From NCBI GenBank assembly GCA_017854255.1, contig JAFMIA010000002.1:10639-74638 (forward strand): a DNA stretch of 64,000 nt, in the 5' to 3' direction. Below are positions 49,633 through 59,712 of the stretch, piece after piece (position 1 is the stretch's first letter; every line of letters begins with the position of its first letter). The notes beneath the pieces are model-generated. The model did no database searches. It worked only from the letters and a program-made list of their open reading frames with translations, and was not told the origin of the DNA. The translations under genes and the position numbers were made by a program. This stretch comes from Pseudomonadales bacterium. GTDB taxonomy: Bacteria > Pseudomonadota > Gammaproteobacteria > Pseudomonadales > Azotimanducaceae.

Positions 49633-51063
49633 TTAAAGCCTTGATTCCGTGATCATAGCAGGGCTTTCAGCGTCAAGATCGAGCACCCTCGCGAGCGGGC
49701 CGAGGTGTTGGGCGTAATGGCGCCAGCGCGCTTTTGAGGTTTGATAGATCGGTTGTCGTACTTGATTGAAACTGGCCGTACTCACCGGTCGAACCGTGTC
49801 ATAAAACGTTAAACAAGCTGGCTCGAAGGGTAATTCGCAAAAGGCTAACAACGACTCAATCACAGCTTGTGGGGCGGCCAGCATTGATTCATACGTCACC
49901 GTGTGAATATCGAGCCCGGGTATGGCCGACCAGTGATTCATAAGGCGCTGATAATCGATATAAAATTGTCCAAGATTCGATAAATTAAAACTGTAATCCT
50001 GGCCCTTCGTGAAATTTTGAAAGAAACAGCTCAAACACGTGTCCAGCGGATGGCGGCGGACATGCACAACCTTCGCACCCGGGATCATTGCCCGCAGGAG
50101 CCCAAGGAACCGAAAATTCAGCGGGTGTTTATCAACGATCCACTGGATCCCTTGACCATAGTCTCGATCGCGCAATGCCCGCAGGTAGCGCGCCTGGGCC
50201 CGATCAACTGCCACCTGAACTCGGTGGCTAGACTCGTCGCGGCGCATGCCAGCGGGCGCAGACTGCGCCTTTAAGGTTTGGATCAATTGCAGGCTAACGG
50301 TTGCTAAATCATTCAATTCGCCCGCGCCAAATACTCGGGAGTGGCTGGCGAGTATCTGCTCAACCAAGCTGGTGCCGCTCCTCGGCATGCCCACCACAAA
50401 AATCGGCATGGGTTCATCGCCCACCGGTTGAGCCTGGGCTTCAATCGATTGCAGATCCGGCTGGAAATAGACGATGTCCTGAAAAAACTGTCTGTTTTTC
50501 GTCGTGGAAAAGGACCTCGCAGCCAAGTCATTCGCCAATTCATAGTGCTTAAAGGCCTGATCATATTCGGCCGTATCATCTAAATATTTGCCCGCCGCGA
50601 AATGTAAGTAACACCGCGTCTGATCATTCAGCTTGGGATTCGTTAGCTGCTGTTCAACCGCATTGAGAAACGGGTCCTGAGGCGCAAAGGTGACCATCTC
50701 GGCATAACCTTGGTAGGCTTCCCCATAATCCGGCTTCAGCGTAAAAGCATCTTGAAAGCGCGCACTTGCGAGCGCCATGTCACCTACCCGGCGATAAAGC
50801 CCCGCAATATTATGATGATAGGCTGCAGCCAATGGTCGCTTGCGCAGAGCGCGCTCGATCAACTCGATCCCGATCTGTTCTTGGCCTTGCTCACCTCGGA
50901 TCAAGCCCAACAAATGCAGCGCATCAGGATGCTCAGGCGTTTCATTTAAGATGCCTTGATAGAGCGCCTCGGCATTACGCAATTGTCCGGCCCGATGCTG
51001 TATCAACGCCTGTTCCAATCGATCTTTTATAGACCGTTTTTCAGCGATTGACTCTGTCATCAA
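49633..51063 (-). CDS. TPR-repeat sulfotransferase family protein
   Basis: N-terminal TPR repeats are followed by 'FVVGMPRSGTSLVEQILASH' (the 5'-PSB loop of PAPS-dependent sulfotransferases) and 'VHVRRHPLDTCLSCF' (3'-PB region). Confidence 0.8.
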   Translation of the reverse strand: MMTESIAEKRSIKDRLEQALIQHRAGQLRNAEALYQGILNETPEHPDALHLLGLIRGEQGQEQIGIELIERALRKRPLAAAYHHNIAGLYRRVGDMALASARFQDAFTLKPDYGEAYQGYAEMVTFAPQDPFLNAVEQQLTNPKLNDQTRCYLHFAAGKYLDDTAEYDQAFKHYELANDLAARSFSTTKNRQFFQDIVYFQPDLQSIEAQAQPVGDEPMPIFVVGMPRSGTSLVEQILASHSRVFGAGELNDLATVSLQLIQTLKAQSAPAGMRRDESSHRVQVAVDRAQARYLRALRDRDYGQGIQWIVDKHPLNFRFLGLLRAMIPGAKVVHVRRHPLDTCLSCFFQNFTKGQDYSFNLSNLGQFYIDYQRLMNHWSAIPGLDIHTVTYESMLAAPQAVIESLLAFCELPFEPACLTFYDTVRPVSTASFNQVRQPIYQTSKARWRHYAQHLGPLARVLDLDAESPAMITESRL

Positions 51064-51078
51064 GCGGCCCCCAAAAGC

Positions 51079-51528
51079 CTAGTTGGGCACAGGCCCAAGC
51101 GCGGTTATCGGCTGAACTCGAACTAAAAAAGTGTGGACCTCATCGAGTCGCGTTGTGGCTTTGATCGTTAAGGTCTCACCCGCCTGGGGCGAACGCGCTA
51201 ACCCCATCACCATAAGGTGTAGGCCTTGCGGCGCCATCACTAAGGCCTTTGATGGGCTCAGCTCAATCGGATCAATGTGCCGCATGCGCATTTGACCCGC
51301 ATCCATCACCGTCTCATGCAACATAACCTGCCCGGCGCCAGCGAGTTCTAAGCGCGACAAAACCACCGGGGTGTCACCGTCGTTGACCAGCCTGCCATAA
51401 ATGGCGAGCCGGTCGACCCCTGGCGGCGGACTACGGGTCCAGCCCTCAAGGAGTCGAACTTCCGCGACCGCATTCAGCGAGATCACCCCGAATAATAAGA
51501 ATCCGACTAACCCAGTTTTAAACGACAT
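51079..51528 (-). CDS. Periplasmic copper chaperone PCu(A)C (DUF461)
   Basis: It has the signal peptide 'MSFKTGLVGFLLFGVISLNAVA'. 'VMLHETVMDAGQMRMRHI...APQGLHLMVMGL' contains the H(M)x10Mx21HxM-type Cu(I) motif. Confidence 0.75.
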   Translation of the reverse strand: MSFKTGLVGFLLFGVISLNAVAEVRLLEGWTRSPPPGVDRLAIYGRLVNDGDTPVVLSRLELAGAGQVMLHETVMDAGQMRMRHIDPIELSPSKALVMAPQGLHLMVMGLARSPQAGETLTIKATTRLDEVHTFLVRVQPITALGPVPN

Positions 51529-51674
51529 GATAACGACCTCTAATGGTAAACAGGCGAAAAAAGCCAACGCGCGCGTTATAATTTACCAGATCACCTCGCG
51601 CTCTGTCGGAAATCCTCTTGACTCGCGTACTGGGCTAAGGGTGCGGCGGACTCAAACCATCAATCTGGATTATT

Positions 51675-53171
51675 ATGAGCAATCTCTATCAAGTTTTCCG
51701 TGACCATTTTGACCTTTCGCGCCCGTTATTGATGGATGCCGCCGGCGAGACGATTGCAACCTACCTTGATCTTGAACAGCGCAGCGCCCAATTCGCCACG
51801 GCGCTGATCCAGTTGGGTCTAAAACCTGGTGACCGGGTTGCGGTCCAAACTGAGAAATCAATTGAGGCCCTGTACTTGTACTGTGGCTGCTTGCGCGCGG
51901 GTTTGATTTACCTGCCGCTCAATACGGCTTACGGATCTCATGAATTGAACCACTTCCTGCAAGACGCCACACCCAGCTTGCTGATGGTAGACCCGGCTTG
52001 CGCAGACGATCACGCCGAACGATCTGTCTTAACCCACACTATGGATCGTTTTGGGCAAGGCAGCCTGACCAACCTTGCCCAAGACTGCCCAACAACGCAT
52101 TCGATTGAACCAACAGGGCCAGATGATATCGCCGTAATCGTGTATACCTCAGGCACCACCGGACTACCGAAGGGCGCGATGATCAGTCATGACAACCTGA
52201 TCAGCAATGCACAAACCCTTACATCCGCCTGGGGCTGGACCCAGGCGGATGTGATGCTCCACACCTTGCCGATCTTTCATGTGCACGGTTTATTTGTCGG
52301 GCTCCACCTACCGCTTCTAGCCGGGTGCTCGATGATCTTCCAACCGTCATTTGATGCTGCCACTGTCCGGACGGCTTTGGCGCATGCGACGGTTTTTATG
52401 GGCGTGCCGACCTACTACACCAGGCTGTTGCGCCAAGGCATTCATCAAAAGGATTGTGAAGGGATGCGCCTATTTATCTCAGGGTCAGCGCCCTTGCTTG
52501 CGCAGACCTTCAAGGATTGGGAGGAAACGACCGGCACGGTCATCCTGGAGCGATACGGCATGAGCGAAACCGGCATGAACACCGCCAACCCACTCGATGG
52601 CGAAAGAAAGCCCGGCACCGTTGGCCCACCTTTGCCCGGGGTTGAATGTTTGGTGGTCAATGACGCAGGCGACGTATTACCGGCAGGCGAAACCGGTCAC
52701 CTCTGGGTTCGCGGCCCGAACGTTTTTCAAGGCTATTGGCAAAATGAGGAGAAAACGGCTGAATCTTTTACGCCCGATGGCTATTTTAAAACGGGTGATC
52801 TCGCGGTCATTGATGATGAAGGCTACATCAGCATTGTTGGCCGCAGTAAGGATCTCATTATTACTGGCGGGCTCAACGTCTATCCAAAAGAAATTGAATT
52901 GGTATTGGACGCAATCGATGGCGTGATGGAGAGTGCCGTGATCGGTCTACCCCATCCCGATTTCGGGGAGTCTGTCTGCGCTGTGATCGTTCCCCTTGCG
53001 GAAGTCGATCTAACCGCTGAGTTTATTTTTGATCAGATCAAACCTCGCCTCGCTAACTTCAAGACCCCAAAGAAAATTTTCTTCTTGCGGAATCTGCCTC
53101 GAAACACAATGGGTAAAGTTCAAAAGAATCAGCTCAGGGCGCAATTTTCTGATGCCGCGCACAACCGTTGA
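51675..53171 (+). CDS. matB: Malonyl-CoA synthetase-like AMP-dependent ligase
   Basis: 'GDRVAVQTEKSIEALYLYCGCLRAGLIYLPLNTAY' tracks rhizobial MatB ('GDRVAVQVEKSAEALILYLACLRSGAVYLPLNTAY'). It also has the AMP motif 'YTSGTTGLPKGAM'. Confidence 0.8.
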   Translation: MSNLYQVFRDHFDLSRPLLMDAAGETIATYLDLEQRSAQFATALIQLGLKPGDRVAVQTEKSIEALYLYCGCLRAGLIYLPLNTAYGSHELNHFLQDATPSLLMVDPACADDHAERSVLTHTMDRFGQGSLTNLAQDCPTTHSIEPTGPDDIAVIVYTSGTTGLPKGAMISHDNLISNAQTLTSAWGWTQADVMLHTLPIFHVHGLFVGLHLPLLAGCSMIFQPSFDAATVRTALAHATVFMGVPTYYTRLLRQGIHQKDCEGMRLFISGSAPLLAQTFKDWEETTGTVILERYGMSETGMNTANPLDGERKPGTVGPPLPGVECLVVNDAGDVLPAGETGHLWVRGPNVFQGYWQNEEKTAESFTPDGYFKTGDLAVIDDEGYISIVGRSKDLIITGGLNVYPKEIELVLDAIDGVMESAVIGLPHPDFGESVCAVIVPLAEVDLTAEFIFDQIKPRLANFKTPKKIFFLRNLPRNTMGKVQKNQLRAQFSDAAHNR

Positions 53172-53779
53172 GCACCGCGTTAAAAAGGCCAGCGGCCCGT
53201 CTCGCGGTACTCGCCTCCGGTCGCGGGAGCCATCTGCGGAACCTTTATAAGGCCTGTGCACAAGGCATTCTTGACGCAGAGATTTCTCTGGTGGTGAGCA
53301 ACAATGTTCGCAGCGGTGCTTGGCACTTCGCGTCAAGCGAGGACTTACCCCATTGGTTTTGTAACACCAGCGCCGATGTAAAGCGCTCGGCGGTCGATAA
53401 AGCCCTAGCAGATTGCTTGCTTGAACATCGCATTGATTGGGTGATCACGGCAGGCTACTTAAAAAAAATCGGGCCCAGCACCCTCGCGGCCTTTCCAAAC
53501 AAAATCATTAACATCCACCCGGCCTTGCTACCAAACTATGGTGGCGCTGGAATGTATGGTCAAAATGTCCATCGCGCAGTGCTTGCGGCCAATGAGCGTC
53601 AATCTGGTGCGACGGTTCATTACGTCACAGCGCACTACGATGAGGGCGCGATCATTGCTCAGAATCACGTTACTATAACGCCGGGTATGACCCCGGACAG
53701 CCTGGCAGAGGCGATCTTAAAGATTGAACACCCTTTGCTCGTTCACGCTTTACAAGGACTACTGACGCACCATGACTGA
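53168..53779 (+). CDS. purN: Phosphoribosylglycinamide formyltransferase
   Basis: It has 'LAVLASGRGSHLRNL', 'VITAGYLKKI', 'INIHPALLP', and 'GATVHYVT...DEGAIIAQ'. Its TTG start overlaps the matB stop (TTGA). Confidence 0.9.
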   Translation: MSTALKRPAARLAVLASGRGSHLRNLYKACAQGILDAEISLVVSNNVRSGAWHFASSEDLPHWFCNTSADVKRSAVDKALADCLLEHRIDWVITAGYLKKIGPSTLAAFPNKIINIHPALLPNYGGAGMYGQNVHRAVLAANERQSGATVHYVTAHYDEGAIIAQNHVTITPGMTPDSLAEAILKIEHPLLVHALQGLLTHHD

Positions 53780-54803
53780 TCAGAACGTTGCTATCATTCG
53801 AAATCCTCGAGCGCCCATCGCTTTAATGACCTGCGAATCAGGGCGATCGTTTGCCGAACGCGTTGCGCAATACTTGGAAACACCCTTACTCCCGAGCAAA
53901 GAAATCTGGTTCGCTTGTGGCGAGGGTAAAATCGAGATTCAAGCCAATGTTCGCGGTCATGACCTCTACATTTTTCAAAACATGGTGGGCGACCAGGACG
54001 ATAAATCCATCTATGACCGATTCATCATGTTGTTGCATGCTGTCGAAGCTGCGGCCTTAGCCGATGCGCAATACGTCACGGCTGTCACGCCCTATTATCC
54101 CGGCGCCCGTCAGGACAAACGTAAGGGTCGAACCAGAGAGGGCATCAGCGCGAGCCTGTTTGCGCGCATGTTGCAAAGCGCTGGGGCTGACCGAGTTGTA
54201 ACCGTTGAGATCCATAACGATGCCATTGCCGGTATGTTCAACCCAAGCCAAACCCATCTTGAGAATATTTTCCTAACCAAACAGTTTGTGCCTTGGCTCA
54301 AGGCCAATGGCTTAACGGGTGACGTCGTGGTCTCACCGGATGTTGGATACCTCGAAAATGCGCGTATTTATGCTGAAGAACTGTCGGCGGATCTTGCGGC
54401 CTTGTCGAAAGAACGAGACTACTCAAAGCCCAATACGGTCTTTCGATCCACGTTGATCGGTCGTGTCGAGGGCAAGAATGTCCTATTGGTCGATGACATT
54501 ATTGATACAGCCGGATCCGTGGTTGCTGCTGTTGAGACACTCAAAGATGAGGGCGCAAGAGACATAACAGTCGCCTGCGTTCACCCTGTGTTGTCTAAAC
54601 CCGCCTGGGCGCGACTACAGAGCCTCAAGGACCGTTCAGTTAAAGAGGACTGGGGCTTCCGCGTCGTTGGGACCACAGCAATTCATCACACCAAGACGCC
54701 CGATTGGTACTTCGAGTTTCAAATCGAGAAACTGGTCTCCGCCGTGCTGGAAAAAATCAACCTTCGCGGTAGCGTGACTGGGGTGCAAGATCATCGCGAC
54801 TGA
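53772..54803 (+). CDS. Divergent ribose-phosphate pyrophosphokinase family protein
   Basis: It has 'GEGKIEIQANVRGHDLYIFQNM', 'VTPYYPGARQDKRKG' (cf. canonical 'IPYFGYARQDRK') and the PRPP loop 'VLLVDDIIDTAGS'. It is longer than housekeeping Prs (343 aa) and clearly diverged from it. Confidence 0.75.
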   Translation: MTDQNVAIIRNPRAPIALMTCESGRSFAERVAQYLETPLLPSKEIWFACGEGKIEIQANVRGHDLYIFQNMVGDQDDKSIYDRFIMLLHAVEAAALADAQYVTAVTPYYPGARQDKRKGRTREGISASLFARMLQSAGADRVVTVEIHNDAIAGMFNPSQTHLENIFLTKQFVPWLKANGLTGDVVVSPDVGYLENARIYAEELSADLAALSKERDYSKPNTVFRSTLIGRVEGKNVLLVDDIIDTAGSVVAAVETLKDEGARDITVACVHPVLSKPAWARLQSLKDRSVKEDWGFRVVGTTAIHHTKTPDWYFEFQIEKLVSAVLEKINLRGSVTGVQDHRD

Positions 54804-54810
54804 CAAGCTG

Positions 54811-54838
54811 TTGACCTCTCAGAGTGACAGGCTATTAT
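54811..54838 (+). promoter_or_regulatory. Candidate sigma-70 promoter for ileS
   Basis: TTGACC (54811-54816), a 16-nt spacer, then TATTAT (54833-54838). It lies about 95 nt upstream of the ileS ATG. Confidence 0.4.
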
Positions 54839-54932
54839 TGCCCGTCCAATTTAACCCGATTGCCGCCAACCGAATGATTGCTAGGATCGGAAAGCGTCGC
54901 GGCGATCCAAGCCCAACCAGGGGGAGCAATCC

Positions 54933-57900
54933 ATGAGTCGTGACCGTTCTATTAATCCGGATGCGGACACCTTCTCCTTTGTGGCAGCAGAACACGCCGT
55001 GCTCGATTTTTGGGCGAAGCAAGATGTCTTTCAAAAGAGCCTGGCTCAAACTCGTGACCAAGACCCTTACATTTTTTACGATGGTCCACCCTTTGCGACG
55101 GGCCTGCCGCACCACGGGCATTTAGTGGGCTCGATCTTAAAGGACGCAGTACCCCGATACTTCACGATGAAAGGCCGCTATGTGCAGCGGCGCTTTGGCT
55201 GGGATTGTCATGGCCTGCCAATAGAACATGAAATCGACAAATCGCTTGGCCTATCATCCGCCGAAGCGGTCGAGAAGATGGGCATCAAAGGCTATAACGA
55301 TGCCTGCCGCGGCATCATTCAACGCTATACAGACGAGTGGCGCAAAACGATCACGCGTATTGGCCGCTGGGTGGACTTTGATAACGATTATAAAACCATG
55401 GAACCCTGGTACATGGAGTCGGTTTGGTGGGTCGTTAAACAGCTCTGGGAAAAAGAGTTGATCTATCGGGGCGAAAAAGTTGTGCCCTTCTCAACCGCGC
55501 TTGGAACCGTTTTGTCGAATTTTGAGGCCGGCAGCAATTATCAAGAGGCCCAAGACCCTGCAGTCACAGTGCTGTTTAAGCTAACCGATCAAGACGTTTA
55601 CATCGCCGCCTGGACCACGACGCCCTGGACATTGCCGTCAAATCTTGCGCTGTGCGTCGGCAGCAATATCGAATACACCAAGGTTTATGACGAAGCATTG
55701 CAAGCAACCCTTATTATTGCCTCAGAGCGTCTTGCGGCCTACGAAGGCAAAAAACAACTTCAAGCAGGTTCAACCCTTATGGGGTCAGAACTCGTGGGGC
55801 TGCGCTATGACCCCTTATTTCCGTACTTTGAAGATCTTGCCTCAGAGGGCGCTTTCCAGGTTTTAGCCGATGATTATGTCACCACAGACAGTGGCACCGG
55901 GATTGTCCATCAAGCACCTGCCTTTGGCGAAGACGATTTTCGAGTTTTAAAAGCCGCCGGGATTACCGCCCTCGTTTGCCCAATTGATATGGCCGGCTGC
56001 TTTACCGAGGCCGTTTCTGATTTTGCCGGCCTTCATGTCAAAGAAGCTGACAAACCGATCATGCGGCACTTAAAGGCCTCGGGCCAGCTGTACCTGCAAG
56101 AGGTGATTCAACACAGCTACCCATTTTGCCCCCGCTCTGACACCCCCATTATCTATCGCACCATCGATTCTTGGTACGTCAAAGTCGCACAAATCAAAGA
56201 ACAATTGGTTGCAGCCAACCAAAATATTCGATGGGTTCCTGAGCATATTCAAAATGGCCGAATGGGCAACTGGCTCGCGGGCGCGATGGATTGGGCGATC
56301 TCAAGAAACCGTTATTGGGGCACGCCCCTCCCCATCTGGATCAATGATGCGTCTGGCGCGGCAAAGTGCATTGGATCGATCGAAGAACTCAAAGTGTTAA
56401 CGGGCGTCGAAGTGACCGACCTACATCGCGAGTTTGTCGACGATTTAACCTTCACGCTACCTGGCGAAGAGGGTACCTATCGCAGAATTTCAGAAGTTTT
56501 AGATTGCTGGTTTGAATCTGGCGCAATGCCCTATGCCCAACTGCATTATCCCTTCGAAAACAAGGAATTGTTTGAAAAGGGCTTTCCTGCGGAATTCATC
56601 GCCGAAGGTTTGGATCAAACCCGCGGCTGGTTCTACACCTTGATTGTTTTAGGCTACGCTTTATTCGAAACCAATCCGTTTAAAAACGTCATCGTCAACG
56701 GCATCGTAATGGCGGAAGACGGCAAGAAAATGTCTAAACGGCTGCGTAACTACACCCCGCCTGATGCGCTCATGGAGGACTACGGCGCGGATGCGCTCCG
56801 GCTCTATCTGATCAATTCGGGCCTCGTTAAAGCCGAAGAGCAGCGCTTTAAAGATGCGGGTGTTAAGGAAATGACCCGTCGGGCCTTGTTGCCCTGGCTG
56901 AATGCCTATCGCTTTTTAAAAACCTATACCGAGATCGATCACTGGACGCCGGGAGCGGTGACGGAACCCAGTCCCAACATCATGGATCAATGGTTACTGT
57001 CCCGTCTGCAAACGCTCAAAGCCAATATCGCCGAAGAAATGGAAGCCTATCGCCTGTATAACGTCGTGCCCGCGTTATTCGATTTTATTGAAGAACTGAC
57101 AAACTGGTATATTCGGCTCAACCGAGCTCGATTTTGGGATGACGCCATGACCGCCGACAAAGCGCATGCCTTCAACACCTTATACACGGCCGTTTATGAG
57201 TTCACCGTTTGCATGGCGCCCTTTGCACCCTTTTTGTCTGAGACCCTCTACCAGGGGTTGCCGAGCATTGACAGCGCGCCCGAATCCGTTCACTTATGCC
57301 CCTATCCCGTGCCTCAAACTGAGCGGGTCAAACCAACACTGGAAGAAGCCGTCGGCAGAATGCAGCATGTGATTCTCCTGGGTCGTCAAAAACGCAACCA
57401 GGATCGAGTCAAAACCAAATACCCCACCCGACTGCTGCGGATTCTCCATCAGGATGAATCTCTTTTAAATGAGATCGCGCGCCTGGAGTCCTACATTTTG
57501 GCAGAGCTGAACGTAAAAGCGATCTCATACGATACCAATGAAGCCGACTATATTGAGTTGTTCGCGCGACCCAACTCACCGGTTTTGGGTAAGCGGCTGG
57601 GTAATCGGTTTAAGCACTTTAAACAACTCATCGATCAACTCGACAGCCAAAGCATCTTAAAGCTTCAAGAAACCAATCGTCTTGAACTCGATGGTGAAAG
57701 CTTTGGGCTCGACGACATCCTCGTCTTTCGAGAAGCCAAAGACGGCACCAACGCTGTCTCAAACCGGTACATCTCGATTGACTTGGATACCCACCTTGAC
57801 CCTGAACTCATCGAAGAAGGTCTTGCTCGGGAAGTCGTCAGCCGAATTCAGAAAAGCCGCAAAGATGACGGACTGAATGTGGCCGATCGAATCAACCTTC

Positions 57901-58073
57901 AGGTCTGGGGCAATGATGCGATTCTGTTAGCCATTGCCAATCATCAGGACTACATCCTGCGCGAAACGCTGTGTCAGAGCTTGTCGGTTGCCGAAGGGCC
58001 GATTGAAGCAGGCTTTGATCTGCCCGTTGATGACTTGGCTTTTGGACTACTTCTGTCTAAATTCGAGGATTAA
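54933..58073 (+). CDS. ileS: Isoleucine--tRNA ligase, type 2 (eukaryote-like)
   Basis: 1046 aa. It has 'FYDGPPFATGLPHHGH' (type-2 HIGH region), 'GKKMSKRLRNYTPP' (type-2 KMSKR) and a long C-terminal extension without the type-1 zinc-binding Cys cluster. Confidence 0.93.
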   Translation: MSRDRSINPDADTFSFVAAEHAVLDFWAKQDVFQKSLAQTRDQDPYIFYDGPPFATGLPHHGHLVGSILKDAVPRYFTMKGRYVQRRFGWDCHGLPIEHEIDKSLGLSSAEAVEKMGIKGYNDACRGIIQRYTDEWRKTITRIGRWVDFDNDYKTMEPWYMESVWWVVKQLWEKELIYRGEKVVPFSTALGTVLSNFEAGSNYQEAQDPAVTVLFKLTDQDVYIAAWTTTPWTLPSNLALCVGSNIEYTKVYDEALQATLIIASERLAAYEGKKQLQAGSTLMGSELVGLRYDPLFPYFEDLASEGAFQVLADDYVTTDSGTGIVHQAPAFGEDDFRVLKAAGITALVCPIDMAGCFTEAVSDFAGLHVKEADKPIMRHLKASGQLYLQEVIQHSYPFCPRSDTPIIYRTIDSWYVKVAQIKEQLVAANQNIRWVPEHIQNGRMGNWLAGAMDWAISRNRYWGTPLPIWINDASGAAKCIGSIEELKVLTGVEVTDLHREFVDDLTFTLPGEEGTYRRISEVLDCWFESGAMPYAQLHYPFENKELFEKGFPAEFIAEGLDQTRGWFYTLIVLGYALFETNPFKNVIVNGIVMAEDGKKMSKRLRNYTPPDALMEDYGADALRLYLINSGLVKAEEQRFKDAGVKEMTRRALLPWLNAYRFLKTYTEIDHWTPGAVTEPSPNIMDQWLLSRLQTLKANIAEEMEAYRLYNVVPALFDFIEELTNWYIRLNRARFWDDAMTADKAHAFNTLYTAVYEFTVCMAPFAPFLSETLYQGLPSIDSAPESVHLCPYPVPQTERVKPTLEEAVGRMQHVILLGRQKRNQDRVKTKYPTRLLRILHQDESLLNEIARLESYILAELNVKAISYDTNEADYIELFARPNSPVLGKRLGNRFKHFKQLIDQLDSQSILKLQETNRLELDGESFGLDDILVFREAKDGTNAVSNRYISIDLDTHLDPELIEEGLAREVVSRIQKSRKDDGLNVADRINLQVWGNDAILLAIANHQDYILRETLCQSLSVAEGPIEAGFDLPVDDLAFGLLLSKFED

Positions 58074-58165
58074 ACCCGCCCTCGTTGACCTGATGCGATG
58101 ATCATTTGACTGCATGAGGCTTAAAGCCGATGTCGGCGATCAAGAATACGCAATGAGAATGCCAC

Positions 58166-59590
58166 ATGACCGAGATACTGGATCAATCCATAAAGGATAT
58201 CGCCCAAGCCGTCCGAGAAAAACGGATTACAGCGGTCGCGCTCGCTGAGCAGACTTTGGCACGCATTGATGCGGTCAACGCAGATCTCAACGCCGTTGTT
58301 TCAACCAACCCTGAACTCACCTTGAAATATGCAGCCCAAGCCGACGCAGACCTGGCTGAAGGCAAATCTGTCGGCCCGCTTCATGGGGTGCCCATGACCA
58401 TCAAGGACAGCTTGGATACCTTCGATTTTATAACAACCTGGGGCACCCAAGGCCGGGCCGCCTTTAGACCCGGTCGCGATGCCTCGGTGGTTGCGCGACT
58501 TCGATCGGCCGGCGCCATTCTGGTGGGCAAAACCAACACCCCTGAATTTACCCTTGCGTTTCAGACCGACAACAATTTATTCGGGCGAACCAATAATCCT
58601 TATGATTTAACCCGAACGAGCGGCGGCAGCTCCGGCGGCGCCGCCGCCCTGATTGCCAGCAGAGCAATCCCTTTCGATATCGGCACCGACACCGGCGGCA
58701 GTATTCGCCTACCAGCACATTTTTGCGGCATCGCGGGCCTAAAACCCACCTCCGGGCGAGTGCCTTGCTCGGGCAACGCCCTCCCCAGTGAGGGGCTTTG
58801 GGCGCCCCTCAGCCAACCCGGTCCAATGACCCGGTTTGCCCAAGACTTATCGCTACTGCTCGATATTATTGAGGGCCCTGATTTATTTGATCCCAATGTC
58901 CGCATTGCGCCGAAACTGCAAGCCCAAGACATCGATCCCAAGTCTCTCAGAATTGGCTTTCATCTCAGCAATGGGCTTTCCGCACCCACGCTTGCCATCC
59001 AAGCAGCCCTTCAAAGCGTTATCGACAAGCTGGCGAATCAAGGCATGGATCTGCGGGAGCACCGGCCGGATGGTATCGAGATGACCCCTTTGATTTTTTC
59101 ACGCCTGCTTGCAGCAGATGACCATGAGACCGTTTTGGATTTGCTGGAGCGATCCAATACCGAGACGCCGTCGTTGGCCATCGCCAGCAACTTATCTCAG
59201 CCGAAACCCGGTTTTTCGGCGGCGGAACTGTGCAATATTCTTGCGATTTGGGACGGCTTCAAAAGCGCGATGCTGAAGTCCTTTGCAACGCTTGACGTAC
59301 TGATTTGCCCGGTTAATGCCCACACTGCGATTCCACATGGTCAAGCAGAGGATATGTTAGATTACACCTACACCATGACCTATAACCTGACCGGCTGGCC
59401 CAGCGTCGTCATTCCCTGCGGCTTGGATGAAGCGGGCTTACCCATTGGTCTGCAACTCATCGCCGCCCCGTTTCGGGAGGACCAGTGCTTGGCACTTGCA
59501 GAATTTATCCAATCAGAATTGGACTTTTTCCCAGTGCCACTCGTAAATTCTATGAACTCAGGGCTAGAAAGCGCGCCAAAAAACACTTAA
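58166..59590 (+). CDS. Amidase-signature family amidase
   Basis: It has 'GGSSGGAAALIASRAIPFDIGTDTGGSIRLPA', the AS signature with the catalytic Ser-cisSer-Lys context. Confidence 0.88.
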   Translation: MTEILDQSIKDIAQAVREKRITAVALAEQTLARIDAVNADLNAVVSTNPELTLKYAAQADADLAEGKSVGPLHGVPMTIKDSLDTFDFITTWGTQGRAAFRPGRDASVVARLRSAGAILVGKTNTPEFTLAFQTDNNLFGRTNNPYDLTRTSGGSSGGAAALIASRAIPFDIGTDTGGSIRLPAHFCGIAGLKPTSGRVPCSGNALPSEGLWAPLSQPGPMTRFAQDLSLLLDIIEGPDLFDPNVRIAPKLQAQDIDPKSLRIGFHLSNGLSAPTLAIQAALQSVIDKLANQGMDLREHRPDGIEMTPLIFSRLLAADDHETVLDLLERSNTETPSLAIASNLSQPKPGFSAAELCNILAIWDGFKSAMLKSFATLDVLICPVNAHTAIPHGQAEDMLDYTYTMTYNLTGWPSVVIPCGLDEAGLPIGLQLIAAPFREDQCLALAEFIQSELDFFPVPLVNSMNSGLESAPKNT

Positions 59591-59712
59591 AACCGCCGCG
59601 GCGTTCACCTCGTGGGGCTGTCAGATTGACGCAGAAAACTGGCAGATTTGGCATTTCGAGCGTATCCTTGCTCTCCCTGACCCCGCCGGACTGCCAACGT
59701 AGAGATTCGAAT

